Virus record (IMG/VR): IMGVR_UViG_3300042691_047309
Coordinates: 111,895-175,894 of that record
Origin: a virus
Length of the DNA: 64,000 bases
Reading direction: 5' to 3' (one strand)
Made by a program: the position numbers and the translations under genes. Below the pieces are notes generated by a model. The model saw nothing but the letters and a program-made list of their open reading frames with translations. It was not told where the DNA came from and did no database searches. This document shows, one piece after another, positions 38,328-48,659 of this stretch. Positions within the stretch are counted from its first letter, which is position 1. Each line of letters starts with the position of its first letter.

Positions 38328-38873
38328 CTAATGGTCTCTTTTTTCTTTTTTATACTTATCTAATAACTCTCTAACATTTGTATAGTCATAATAATCAATA
38401 TAATTATCTATTGTTTTTATAAAGTTCCAATCTTTTCTTTCAGTAGTTGTTAGTATATTAAAATAGTAATCAAAATAATTGAATATTTTTTTTTCTGACA
38501 CTAAACCATTTTTACAATGAATATTGAAGTAAGCCAGTTTATCAAAAAAGTTATCAAAAAGGTCTCTTATATGTGCTTCCTCAATTGAAAATCTTGACTT
38601 TTGATTATGTGTTTTCAAAGCTTCTATCATATAATCATCATTTACTTTAACTTCCTGTCCATTAATCATAATTTTTCTGACATTCCAATCAAGTAGTGTT
38701 AAAACAACTTTTACTCTTTCATCTGAAAAAAACTCTTTAATCTCTTTAGATAAAAACTCAGATTCTTTCCAAAGTTGTGTTTTTCTATATTCAATGATGG
38801 CTTTTATAAATGAAAATATTCCAAGCAAAGGAATAATATCAATTATGATGTTATATATTGTCTCCATAAACAA
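38328..38873 (-). CDS. hypothetical protein with N-terminal TM segment
   Basis: 181 aa, hydrophobic N-terminus. Confidence 0.5.
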   Translation of the reverse strand: MFMETIYNIIIDIIPLLGIFSFIKAIIEYRKTQLWKESEFLSKEIKEFFSDERVKVVLTLLDWNVRKIMINGQEVKVNDDYMIEALKTHNQKSRFSIEEAHIRDLFDNFFDKLAYFNIHCKNGLVSEKKIFNYFDYYFNILTTTERKDWNFIKTIDNYIDYYDYTNVRELLDKYKKEKRDH

Positions 38874-38899
38874 ACACTTTTTTCTATATATAAATTATT

Positions 38900-39634
38900 A
38901 TGAAAGATTTAATCTTATCTCAATTAGAATGTTTTAACGATACTGACTTTAAATTCGATCCAAAGTATCACAAATACACTTATCACGGAGAACAATTTAT
39001 TTCCGTAACAAAGTATATTCAGAATTTTCACAAACCATTTGAAACTGATTTTTGGTCTAAAAAGAAGGCAGAACAAAGAGGAGTCGATCAAGAAGTTATT
39101 CTAAAAGAATGGAAACAACTCAACGATTATGCAAATGATGTTGGAACAGATACACATCAATGGATAGAAGATTACTTTAATGAAATTTGGAAACCACTTC
39201 CATCTAATTTAGATTTAATACATCGTATAAATAAATTCAATAAGATATTCGCTAAACATCTTCACAAGTTAGAACCACTTAAATTTGAGGTAAGAGTATT
39301 TTCTAAAAAATGGAAAATTGCAGGAATGATAGATTCTCTTTTTCTTTATAAAGGAAAAATCTATATTTTAGATTGGAAAACAAATAAACAATTCACAAAC
39401 GATGATCATCAAAAAGGTCAATATGAAAAACTATTAGAACCATTTGATGATTTCTGGAAAAACCATCATAACGAATATTCAATACAGTTATCTCTTTATG
39501 CTCTTATTTTAGAAGAGTGGGGATTTGAAGTAGGAGGAGCTTATCTCGTTCATATAGGACCAGGTGACGAAGAAGCTGAATTATACAAGGTTGTTGATAT
39601 GAGAGATAAGTTAAAAATAGCTCTTGAAAAATGA
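38900..39634 (+). CDS. PD-(D/E)xK exonuclease (RecB/Cas4-like)
   Basis: GTDTH, AGMIDSL, LDWKTNK, YSIQLSLY. Confidence 0.85.
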   Translation: MKDLILSQLECFNDTDFKFDPKYHKYTYHGEQFISVTKYIQNFHKPFETDFWSKKKAEQRGVDQEVILKEWKQLNDYANDVGTDTHQWIEDYFNEIWKPLPSNLDLIHRINKFNKIFAKHLHKLEPLKFEVRVFSKKWKIAGMIDSLFLYKGKIYILDWKTNKQFTNDDHQKGQYEKLLEPFDDFWKNHHNEYSIQLSLYALILEEWGFEVGGAYLVHIGPGDEEAELYKVVDMRDKLKIALEK

Positions 39635-39864
39635 AATCAATTTTAGGATTTTTTAGATTTTTAGGAAATATTGCTCTGATTTATCTGGCTTTTTACTTTC
39701 TTTTTTGGTACATAAAAATGCACTTCAATCGTAAATGGTTTTGGGCTTTTTGGTTAAACACTAGTTTATCAATAGTCATGTTTATAAATCATAATAAACC
39801 AGATCGTGAAAGGGAAAAGATTGAAAGAATGACAGGTGCTGAATACTGGAAGATGACACATTAA
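39631..39864 (+). CDS. small two-TM membrane protein
   Basis: 77 aa, hydrophobic. Confidence 0.5.
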   Translation: MKSILGFFRFLGNIALIYLAFYFLFWYIKMHFNRKWFWAFWLNTSLSIVMFINHNKPDREREKIERMTGAEYWKMTH

Positions 39865-39881
39865 ACAAAAAAAGAGAGTAT

Positions 39882-40358
39882 TTAACTCTCTTTTTTCTCT
39901 GACTTTTCAACATATTCCGAAAAAATATTCATTTCTTTAAATACCTCTAAAATTTGTGATGTTATTTCAAATTTCTCAGCAGCATAGACTGTTTCAATTT
40001 TACTAATAACAGCATCTATGGAGTTTTTGATTGAATATTCTGAAACTATTTTTTCTATATCTTCATAAACCTCTTCTTTTAATTTTTGACCCATCTTTGA
40101 TAGTTTATATTTTGCATCTTTATCAATTTCAACCATTTGACTTTGTAGCCTCTGAAATTTTTCCATTCTTTGTTCTTGAGTAAGGTTGTCAACAATAATA
40201 CCACCCTGAGATGCAGCAATGATATTTTGCATTTCTCTTCTCATTGGTTCAATACTTTCAAGTATTTGTGCCTTTTCTTTGTCAATCTCAGCAACTCCTT
40301 TTTGATACTTATCAAAGTGTCTTGTTAGTAATTCAAAATCTACGACTCTAATTTCCAT
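39882..40358 (-). CDS. Skp/OmpH-like chaperone lacking a signal peptide
   Basis: IRVVDFELL, long coiled coil, IDAVI...VYA..KFEITSQIL. Confidence 0.7.
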   Translation of the reverse strand: MEIRVVDFELLTRHFDKYQKGVAEIDKEKAQILESIEPMRREMQNIIAASQGGIIVDNLTQEQRMEKFQRLQSQMVEIDKDAKYKLSKMGQKLKEEVYEDIEKIVSEYSIKNSIDAVISKIETVYAAEKFEITSQILEVFKEMNIFSEYVEKSEKKES

Positions 40359-40393
40359 AATTATAATATTTTTCTATTATATATGAAATATCA

Positions 40394-42088
40394 TCAAGAG
40401 TTTAGATAATCCACAGCTTGGGTATATCTAATTAGTAAATTTTGATCTTCCGCCAAAGATAAGTCATCATAAGCAAAAATTGATGCCGTTGCAAAGCCAG
40501 TTAATGATGTTAAATCTACTTTATGTACTTCAAGATATGTTTTTCTTGCTCCTATAATTTTAGCAAATTGTCGATTTAACAATAAATATTTTGCATCAGG
40601 TGTAAATATTTCTCTTTCAATGATTTTTCCTAAATAAGTGTTCCTGTTTGTGTCAATTTTGTAATTTAGTATTTGATTTTTACCTTTATAGTAATTAACT
40701 CTGTAGTAATAATTACTTGATTTACTTAGATTAGTTAATAAAACAGAGGCGGTAGTTCCATAAATTTGTTTTCCTAATTTATACTTTTGTTCTATAGTAC
40801 TGAATGTGCTACTTTTCGAAAGTTCAAATTCGTATCCATTTTCATTATTTACAGACATTGGTCCTGTATTGATAGTTGGCCAATATGCAGTTCCAAATGA
40901 ATCTGAGGATATGACCTCACCGGATTGAGTTTGACCATATAATGTTCTTACTCTGTAGTAATAAGTTCCGGTAGAAAGTCCAGATATTGAATACGTATTC
41001 GAAACACTACTAGTAATATATGGTAAAGTATTCGACAATGTACCTAAAGTCAAACTGTAATTAGGTAATAAAGATGAGAATGAACTAAATGTTGATATAT
41101 CAAAAGAATATGCATCAGCTGAATTATTTGTCGGCCATGTAAAACTAGCAGTACTGCCACTAGCTGATAATATCAACTGATTAGTAAAAGTAGTTAAAGT
41201 ATATCTTGAAGTATAATAATAAGTAGTATTTGGTGATAAATCAAATACAACAAGAGAAGCGGTATTTCCAGAAACATTATAAGATGGTGGATTTGAACCT
41301 GTTCCTAACTTTATGGAATTATAACTAGATAATTTTGTTTCAAAAGAACTTGATGTTGATATGTTTAATATGTATCCAGTTGTTACCGGGTCTGTATTCC
41401 AAACTATTGACGCGGTTGGATTAGAAGACATAAAAGAAGCCGAGTAAGTAAAATTCTTTAAAATATTTTCTCTTTCTTCTGTGTAAATCCACCATTGTTT
41501 AGTCAAATCTAAATTTATTTGAGTTTGAATCTCACTAAATGTTCCAACTAAGAAATTCATATATTCTACCGCGTTTGATGGTACAAAAGTGTCATTATCA
41601 TCAACCCATTCAGATAGATAAAGTTTAAAAGAGTATAGATTATCTCTAATGATATTCATATTAACGGAATAATCTTCTTCTTTTGTTAGTATAAAGGAAC
41701 TAGTGAGCGAGGTAATAGAAAAAGTTGTCGATAATGGATCAGATAGAGATAAATTTATATTATTTATATTTAGTGAGTAAATATCGACCGATGTTTGATA
41801 AACTTTCTTCTTATCATACATCAGTTTTAACTTCTTCAAAAAAGGTGTATTAGTTTCAAAACAAATCTGTTCCCAAGTAGTTCTTTTAATCTCAGCCAAA
41901 TTTGTTACCTCATCAATATTAATTTTGTAATAGTAATACAAACATTGTTGAAAAGCTTGAAAATCTCCTTTATTGACTAATTCGTCAATATACTTATAAT
42001 ATTCTGAAATATTATCTTTGCCCTTAGATGCTAATTTATCAAGGCTATTTTGAATTTTTGCTAATTTTCTTTGATAGAGATTTGCCAT
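40394..42088 (-). CDS. putative virion structural protein with FN3-like S/T-rich repeats
   Basis: repeated W..., Y...IS.SSSF, L.xxTYYYR(V) blocks; TAATATATA at 42095-42103 (-). Confidence 0.55.
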   Translation of the reverse strand: MANLYQRKLAKIQNSLDKLASKGKDNISEYYKYIDELVNKGDFQAFQQCLYYYYKINIDEVTNLAEIKRTTWEQICFETNTPFLKKLKLMYDKKKVYQTSVDIYSLNINNINLSLSDPLSTTFSITSLTSSFILTKEEDYSVNMNIIRDNLYSFKLYLSEWVDDNDTFVPSNAVEYMNFLVGTFSEIQTQINLDLTKQWWIYTEERENILKNFTYSASFMSSNPTASIVWNTDPVTTGYILNISTSSSFETKLSSYNSIKLGTGSNPPSYNVSGNTASLVVFDLSPNTTYYYTSRYTLTTFTNQLILSASGSTASFTWPTNNSADAYSFDISTFSSFSSLLPNYSLTLGTLSNTLPYITSSVSNTYSISGLSTGTYYYRVRTLYGQTQSGEVISSDSFGTAYWPTINTGPMSVNNENGYEFELSKSSTFSTIEQKYKLGKQIYGTTASVLLTNLSKSSNYYYRVNYYKGKNQILNYKIDTNRNTYLGKIIEREIFTPDAKYLLLNRQFAKIIGARKTYLEVHKVDLTSLTGFATASIFAYDDLSLAEDQNLLIRYTQAVDYLNS

Positions 42089-42121
42089 ATAATTTATATA
42101 TTAAAAATCTCAATCTATAAG

Positions 42122-43252
42122 TTATTGCTCTTCTCCTCCACCTAATTGTTTTTCAATTTCAGCGATTTTATCTTTATTAACATCAGGATCTTTGTAAAGG
42201 TCAGCTATATCACTTAGTTTTTTGATTGCTTCAGGATTCTTAGTTTTTACATCTTTAAGTGTATTTACTAAGTCTTCTTGTCCTTCTGCTTTTGCTTCTA
42301 CTTTTCCTAATAAATCCTCAGTTTTCTTTTTAAAATCTGCATCTTCAAAGGAAACAACATCACCGTTAATATCCTTGACTTTTTTAATACCTATCATTTC
42401 TTTATCTTGAAGATCTTTCATAGGTCCTTCATTAGGTTTTTTCTTATCCTCATCAGTTATTTTTTTCCATTCATCTTCATTGAATTTATCTCTTTTATAG
42501 ATAACTGTATCACCAGCTTTGTAACCTCCTTCTGGTCCAGCTTCCGGAACTTCTTTTCCTAATGACTCAACGTATTTATCAACGTCTTCGTCTTTAATTT
42601 CGGATAAATATTTATCAAGTCTCGGAACTAAAATTTTATTTACCCAATCAATAGATAATTGTTTCATCTTTTTAGTATCTTTTCCAGCTGGTAGAATTGC
42701 CTTTTTAAATTCCGGAAGGTGAGTTTGATCTTTCATATCAACAACAATCTTTTTGTCATCTACCTTAGCGTCTGTTCCAACTTTTAAATCAGGTCCACCC
42801 GCATATTTATAATCTTTAATAGCTCTATTTCTTATTGTTTCCATATAGAATTTAACTATATCGACTGTCGGTGTATCTTTACCAAAAGATTTCAAAAGTC
42901 CATCATAAAGAGTTTGAAGACCTTGTTTTCCAAGTGCTCCCAATTGAGGATCGAGTATGTTTTTAATCAGATCTAAACATGCTTGTTCATTAATATCTGT
43001 ATCTTTTTTCTTTATAAATTCGTCCATTACTCCTTTAAGTAAGTAACTATCATCTTGTGGATTCAATGGATTTTTATCAATCCATGCTTCAATTTCTTCA
43101 GGTGCTGGGTTTTCTCCTAATTTTTTAATTTCCTCTACGGCTTTATTCCACATATTTTTGAAAAAATTCAAAACACCAGATAGGAGTTCTTCATTTACTG
43201 ATTTTAGGTTTCTATCTTTTTTAAATGACTCAAATTTCTTAATATAGCTCAT
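42122..43252 (-). CDS. putative virion protein (MSYIKKFESF tag)
   Basis: 376 aa; TAATATATA at 43276-43284 (-). Confidence 0.55.
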   Translation of the reverse strand: MSYIKKFESFKKDRNLKSVNEELLSGVLNFFKNMWNKAVEEIKKLGENPAPEEIEAWIDKNPLNPQDDSYLLKGVMDEFIKKKDTDINEQACLDLIKNILDPQLGALGKQGLQTLYDGLLKSFGKDTPTVDIVKFYMETIRNRAIKDYKYAGGPDLKVGTDAKVDDKKIVVDMKDQTHLPEFKKAILPAGKDTKKMKQLSIDWVNKILVPRLDKYLSEIKDEDVDKYVESLGKEVPEAGPEGGYKAGDTVIYKRDKFNEDEWKKITDEDKKKPNEGPMKDLQDKEMIGIKKVKDINGDVVSFEDADFKKKTEDLLGKVEAKAEGQEDLVNTLKDVKTKNPEAIKKLSDIADLYKDPDVNKDKIAEIEKQLGGGEEQ

Positions 43253-43311
43253 TACATAATATTATTTTTACAAACTATATATTATTTTTTTTATATAAAA
43301 AATAAAAAATT

Positions 43312-43767
43312 ATGAACTATTTATCAAAAGTATCAGAGTTTCATAAAACCTTTGACGCTCCAATATTAGAAAGTCCTCAAATTCCATCTGATGAAAGATG
43401 TCAATTAAGAGTTTCACTACTTCAAGAAGAATTAAATGAATTAAAACAAGCTATTGATGATAATGATATTGTTGAAATCGCAGATGCTCTCTGTGATTTA
43501 CAATATGTCCTTTCTGGTGCAATCTTAGAATTTGGTTTAGGTGAAAAGTTTGATGAACTTTTTGATGAAGTACAAAGGAGTAATATGTCTAAGGCTTGTA
43601 GTTCAATACAAGAAGCAATCGAAACAATATCACACTATAAAAAGAAAGATAGTACTGAATCATCATATAAAATGATTGGTGAAAAATGTGTAGTGTATAG
43701 AGACTCTGATAACAAGGTGTTGAAATCTATAAACTATTCACCTGCTGATTTAAAAAATAAAATTTAA
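43312..43767 (+). CDS. MazG-like NTP pyrophosphohydrolase (PRA-PH family)
   Basis: EFHKTF, LLQEELNE, EIADALCDLQYV, EVQRSNMSK, KVLKS. Confidence 0.88.
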   Translation: MNYLSKVSEFHKTFDAPILESPQIPSDERCQLRVSLLQEELNELKQAIDDNDIVEIADALCDLQYVLSGAILEFGLGEKFDELFDEVQRSNMSKACSSIQEAIETISHYKKKDSTESSYKMIGEKCVVYRDSDNKVLKSINYSPADLKNKI

Positions 43768-43769
43768 GA

Positions 43770-44615
43770 ATGGAAAATTTAGGAATTATAGGACAGGGTT
43801 TTGTCGGAGGTGCAGTTTATCAAGGAATGAAAAACTTCTTCAATGTTTATACTTTTGATATAAATGGAAATTGTACAGAGTCATCACTTTTTAATTTAAT
43901 CGAAAAAGTTGATATGACATTTTTATGTTTACCAACACCAATGAGAAAAACAGGAGAATGTGATTTATCAATTGTTAAAAATTGTCTCTCTCAAATAGAT
44001 TTGATTGTTAAATCATTAGATAAAAAAGATTTTATTGTTATTATAAAATCAACAATTCCACCGGGAACAACAGAAATGTTAAATAAAGAAAACGAAAATA
44101 TACATATCGTTTTCAATCCAGAATTTTTAACAGAAGCCAATGCTGTTGAAGATTATAAAAATCAAAATAGAATTATTGTCGGAGGTGACAGACCTTATTC
44201 ATCAAAAGTTAAAAATATTTTTGAAAAGGCTTTCCCAAAAGTTCCTATTGTAAAGACTTCCTCAACAATTGCAGAAATGATTAAATATGTTACAAATACT
44301 TTTTTAGCAACTAAAGTTTCATTTGCTAATGAAATGTATCAAATATGTGAGGGGTTGAATATTGATTATGATAAAGTGATTGAATACGCTCGTTATGATG
44401 ATAGATTGGGTAATTCTCATTGGTCGGTTCCTGGACCGGATGGCGACCTGGGATACGGTGGTCATTGTTTTCCAAAAGATGTAGCAGCTCTAAAATATGT
44501 CGGTGACTCAATGAATGTTTCAACGACAATGTTATGTGCAACTATGGACAAAAATAAAGAAGTTAGAACAGACAAAGATTGGGAAAGCCAAATAGGAAGA
44601 GCAGTTTCAGAATAA
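43770..44615 (+). CDS. ugd: UDP-glucose/GDP-mannose dehydrogenase family protein
   Basis: GQGFVG, CLPTP, IKSTIPPG, NPEFL, EMIKY, GYGGHCFPKD. Confidence 0.88.
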   Translation: MENLGIIGQGFVGGAVYQGMKNFFNVYTFDINGNCTESSLFNLIEKVDMTFLCLPTPMRKTGECDLSIVKNCLSQIDLIVKSLDKKDFIVIIKSTIPPGTTEMLNKENENIHIVFNPEFLTEANAVEDYKNQNRIIVGGDRPYSSKVKNIFEKAFPKVPIVKTSSTIAEMIKYVTNTFLATKVSFANEMYQICEGLNIDYDKVIEYARYDDRLGNSHWSVPGPDGDLGYGGHCFPKDVAALKYVGDSMNVSTTMLCATMDKNKEVRTDKDWESQIGRAVSE

Positions 44616-44618
44616 AAT

Positions 44619-44867
44619 ATGAATCCTGATATGTCGGATATTCTTATGATGAACTCTAAGTTCTATGGTGATTATTACTGTAAGAAAGTAAAAGATTTTT
44701 TTGATGACGGTCAAATAGTAACTGTTTATTCACACTACTCATATAGACTTTTTACAATAGGAAAAAATAAAAGAATATTCAGAATTCATCATACAGATTT
44801 TGGAACTACACTTTTTACAAAAGAAGAATGGAGAAATAAAAAAATTAATAGAGTTTTAAAAAAATAA
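44619..44867 (+). CDS. hypothetical protein with C-terminal WRNKKINRVLKK
   Basis: 82 aa. Confidence 0.5.
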   Translation: MNPDMSDILMMNSKFYGDYYCKKVKDFFDDGQIVTVYSHYSYRLFTIGKNKRIFRIHHTDFGTTLFTKEEWRNKKINRVLKK

Positions 44868-44883
44868 TTTCTATATTTGCCAT

Positions 44884-45240
44884 ATGTTATCGAATAAAGA
44901 AAAGAAACGAAGACAACACGAGAAAGAACTGAAGTCACTTAGAAATAAGATGAGTAAAAACATCATATGGTTTGACGCTCTCAATACCACTCAACAATAT
45001 GACCTTCTTTTTGCTTGGAAGAGAGAGAAAAAATCAAACACACGAACTAAACCTCAAAAGAAAACAATTATAAGAAAAGTGGGTGGATTCTTGAATGGTA
45101 GATATCAGACTATGAGAAAAGAAATCGAAATAGTGTCTTATCCACCAAACTTTAAACATTTTCTTAAAAATATGAAACCAAAATTCAGCGTAAGTGTCTC
45201 AAAAATGAGACAGGCTCAATTAAAACATCTATTGAAATAA
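44884..45240 (+). CDS. basic hypothetical protein with C-terminal RQAQLKHLLK
   Basis: 118 aa; TATATTTG at 44872-44879. Confidence 0.5.
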   Translation: MLSNKEKKRRQHEKELKSLRNKMSKNIIWFDALNTTQQYDLLFAWKREKKSNTRTKPQKKTIIRKVGGFLNGRYQTMRKEIEIVSYPPNFKHFLKNMKPKFSVSVSKMRQAQLKHLLK

Positions 45241-45255
45241 ATTAAATAATAATAT

Positions 45256-46242
45256 ATGAAAATTTTTAGCGGAACCGGAAGTCAGCAATTGACTAAAGAA
45301 ATTTGTAAAGTCTTAAAAGAAAGAGGTAGTGATATATCACCTGGTAGATTGAAAATTGATAAGTTTTTAGACGGTGAAATACTACCGTTATTTGAAGAGT
45401 CAGTTAGAGACCAAGATGTCTTTTTTGTTCAAACAACAAATAGCTCTGATAACATAATGGAAACACTCTTAGTTATCGATGCTGCAAAAAGAGCCGGTTG
45501 TAAATCATTTACACTTGTTGCTCCATTCCACGGATACTCTCGTCAGGATAAAACAGACCACCTCCGTTCATCAATTGGTTCTAAAATGTTAGCTGATGTC
45601 TTAACAACAGCTGGTATGAACCGAATTATTACAATCGACTTACATGCCTCTGCTATTCAAGGATTTTATAATGTTCCTGTTATTCACTTAAATGGGAATA
45701 AAATATTTATTGACTACATTAAAGAGAACGAAATAGAAGATTTAACAATTGTTGCTCCAGACCAAGGAGCTGTTAAAAGAGCTTCTGACTTTTGTAAAGC
45801 ATTTCCAGAAGCAACATTCGCAATGATTAATAAGAAAAGAATTAAACCAAATGAAATTCATTCAATGGAGTTAGTTGGTGAAGTTACTGGTCGTAATGTT
45901 GTTATTGTAGATGATATGGCTGATACATTAGGAACAATGTGTAAAGCAGCTGAGTTGCTTATTGAGAAGGGTGCTAATTCTGTAAGATGTATTGCGACTC
46001 ATGGTATTCTAAGTGGTAAAGCAATTGAAAACCTTTACAACTCTAAGATTACTGAGTTATTAGTATCTGATACAATCTCATTTATTGGTGATAAAGATGC
46101 TTCTCGTAATGAAGGTAGAGGTATTTATCAAGGTCCTCCAACTAATTCAAAAATGAGAGTGATTAGTTGTGCAAAAATTATTGGTAAATCAATCTGGTCT
46201 CTCTCTCAGCGTCAATCAATACACGAAATTAATATGATATAA
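45256..46242 (+). CDS. prs: ribose-phosphate pyrophosphokinase
   Basis: DGEI, GYSRQDK, IDLHA, APDQG, IVDDMADTLGT, ATHG. Confidence 0.95.
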   Translation: MKIFSGTGSQQLTKEICKVLKERGSDISPGRLKIDKFLDGEILPLFEESVRDQDVFFVQTTNSSDNIMETLLVIDAAKRAGCKSFTLVAPFHGYSRQDKTDHLRSSIGSKMLADVLTTAGMNRIITIDLHASAIQGFYNVPVIHLNGNKIFIDYIKENEIEDLTIVAPDQGAVKRASDFCKAFPEATFAMINKKRIKPNEIHSMELVGEVTGRNVVIVDDMADTLGTMCKAAELLIEKGANSVRCIATHGILSGKAIENLYNSKITELLVSDTISFIGDKDASRNEGRGIYQGPPTNSKMRVISCAKIIGKSIWSLSQRQSIHEINMI

Positions 46243-46607
46243 TGAAAAAGATTTTACTATGTGACATAGACGGAACTATATGTGATGATATCAAAAATGA
46301 GGAATCACATCTTTATGCAACTGCAGAAGTGTATGAAGGATCCAGAGAACAATTAAATCAATGGTATGATGAAGGACATCATATTACATTCTTTACAGCT
46401 CGTGAAGAAAAAGATAGAGAAGTGACCGTAAAATGGTTAGATTATAATGGGTTTAAATATCACGGTCTTATTATGAATAAACCAAGATGTTTAAATGATG
46501 AAGATGTTTATTGTTGGATAGACAATAGAAAAGTTATGGGTGTTACTTATAAAGGGGTCTGGGGACCACTTGTTGAAAGAGTAACAACAATAAAAACGAT
46601 GGAATAA
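46242..46607 (+). CDS. HAD-superfamily phosphatase
   Basis: CDIDGTIC, FFTAR, KPR, WIDN. Confidence 0.75.
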   Translation: MKKILLCDIDGTICDDIKNEESHLYATAEVYEGSREQLNQWYDEGHHITFFTAREEKDREVTVKWLDYNGFKYHGLIMNKPRCLNDEDVYCWIDNRKVMGVTYKGVWGPLVERVTTIKTME

Positions 46608-46702
46608 TATGGTAGTGTATTTAGTTGGTGGGATAGCAATAGGAATTATGATTGCACCTACAGTTAATCAAATGATTAAAGATTACGTTAATAGAAAATA
46701 AT

Positions 46703-47347
46703 ATGAGTTATCTTAATGAACTTAAAGCTTATCTAAGAGATATAAATTTGGAAATTCTAATGGAAAGTCCAGATGTTAAAATTGATATATCTAAAAGATA
46801 TTATAATAAATTTAGACTTTTTTACCCAAGTCGTAGGCTTATCAAATACACCACCAATATTGGTGGTGTATTGGTTGGATCAAGAGCAATTCGTTGCTTT
46901 ACAATAAATGATAAACCAATTCTTGAAAGAAGAGTAAATGATTGGGACTTTATTGTAACACTTGATATGGCTTTTAAGATCTGTGATGATATGGGAATAG
47001 AAGAGATTCCAAAAATCGGTGGTGTTATAAGTATTAAGAATCAAAGAAGATGGGCTCATCCATCTTATCAAGATGCTTATAGAGTTGGTCCAGTTGATGT
47101 TCAGTTAATTGTAGAGGAAGAACTACCGGATTATACGGAAGTTGATGGTGTTAGAATTGCTAACTTTGGTTATTCAATTTCTCAAAAGATTGGTCTAACT
47201 TCTGAATTACAAAGTAAATTGGGTGATCGAAACAAATACAAAAGCCTATCTTCTCGTTATGATAGTATAGATGAACAATATCATAAACACATAGATGATT
47301 TAAAAGAAATAATTATAAAATATAATAGTATCAAATGCAAACTTTAG
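46703..47347 (+). CDS. putative Pol-beta-like nucleotidyltransferase
   Basis: LVGSRAI...NDWDFIV...VDV. Confidence 0.55.
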   Translation: MSYLNELKAYLRDINLEILMESPDVKIDISKRYYNKFRLFYPSRRLIKYTTNIGGVLVGSRAIRCFTINDKPILERRVNDWDFIVTLDMAFKICDDMGIEEIPKIGGVISIKNQRRWAHPSYQDAYRVGPVDVQLIVEEELPDYTEVDGVRIANFGYSISQKIGLTSELQSKLGDRNKYKSLSSRYDSIDEQYHKHIDDLKEIIIKYNSIKCKL

Positions 47348-48240
47348 CAAACATTTTAGATGGAAGAATCGTATCAGGTCAAATTTTATCCAATATCAAA
47401 GATAAAATCGAAGGTCACATAGAAAAAAGCCAATCAAGATTAGGATATCAAATTTCAAAACCATCTATGGCGATAGTTCTTGTTGGAAATAATCCAGCAT
47501 CTGAGTCTTATGTCAATGGAAAAACAAAAGCTTGTGAAAAAGCTGGAATAAACTATAGTGTTATTAGATTTCCAGAAAAAATAACCTCATTTGATCTTTT
47601 AGAAGAAGTAAAAAGATTAAATAAGTCTTCTTATGATGGATTTATTGTTCAACTTCCATTACCAGAACACATTAAGTCGGATTCTATTATAAACGAGATA
47701 AGTGCATATAAAGACATTGATGGATTTCATCCTCTTAACTTTGGTAAAATGTCACTTGGTCAGAAGTCAATGAGACCAGCAACTGCTTATGGTATATTAA
47801 AACTAATCGAATGGTATGAAATTGACACTAAAGGAAAACATGTCGTAGTTATTGGTCGCTCTAATATTGTCGGGAAACCTATTTCTATTATGTTAGGTAA
47901 CGACTTTAACATTGGAAGAGCTACCGTTACATCTTGTGATATAAACACTCCTAAAGAACTCCTAATTGAAGAAACTAAGAAAGCTGATATAGTAATTGTT
48001 GCAGTTGGAAAACCTGGTTTATTAACAGCTGATATGATTAAAGAAGGAGTGGTTGTGATTGATGTAGGTATCAATAGATTAGAATCTGGTAAATTAGTTG
48101 GTGATTGTGATTTTGATTCTATTTCTAAGAAGGCTTCTTGGATTACTCCAGTACCAGGTGGTGTTGGACCAATGACTATATCTGGTTTGATTTTGAATAC
48201 TTATGAGGCTTGGAAGATGAAAAATTTTATTGAAGAATAA
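47335..48240 (+). CDS. folD: methylenetetrahydrofolate dehydrogenase/cyclohydrolase
   Basis: ASESYV, VQLPLP, KDIDGFHP, GRSNIVGKP, DVGIN, TPVPGGVGPMT. Confidence 0.95.
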   Translation: MQTLANILDGRIVSGQILSNIKDKIEGHIEKSQSRLGYQISKPSMAIVLVGNNPASESYVNGKTKACEKAGINYSVIRFPEKITSFDLLEEVKRLNKSSYDGFIVQLPLPEHIKSDSIINEISAYKDIDGFHPLNFGKMSLGQKSMRPATAYGILKLIEWYEIDTKGKHVVVIGRSNIVGKPISIMLGNDFNIGRATVTSCDINTPKELLIEETKKADIVIVAVGKPGLLTADMIKEGVVVIDVGINRLESGKLVGDCDFDSISKKASWITPVPGGVGPMTISGLILNTYEAWKMKNFIEE

Positions 48241-48659
48241 TGGGATTTATAGGAGCAACAACTTTATTAAATCATGATGTATCTATTAACCCAAGATCAA
48301 AGATGACTTGGTCTCAAAAAATAGATGATATATCCTCTTACTTAGAGAATCCAGATTTTGAGGTTATAAACCCAACCGTAAAAATATGTGAGTATTTTAA
48401 AGATAAGATAGGATATTGTCTACCATCATCAAGTTTCTTTGTTATTGATAATAGTAGATTAGAGATTTTTAATCAACCATTAAATTGCTTAGATTTTTAT
48501 AACTATGATGATTTAATAAAATATTTAAGTGATGAGAAGAAAACTATTTATGTAAGTAAGATTACATTAAACTTTGGTAGAATATACAAAGCTTTTATCT
48601 ATGAGATAGATAATTTACCTAATATAAGAAATCATAAATTAGAAAAAATAGGAATATGA
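48240..48659 (+). CDS. hypothetical protein with C-terminal RNHKLEKIGI
   Basis: 139 aa. Confidence 0.5.
   Translation: MGFIGATTLLNHDVSINPRSKMTWSQKIDDISSYLENPDFEVINPTVKICEYFKDKIGYCLPSSSFFVIDNSRLEIFNQPLNCLDFYNYDDLIKYLSDEKKTIYVSKITLNFGRIYKAFIYEIDNLPNIRNHKLEKIGI

Noticed and set aside
38900-39634. Cas4 of a CRISPR system
   Set aside because: No Fe-S cysteine cluster, no other cas genes and no array; a typical phage PD-(D/E)xK exonuclease.
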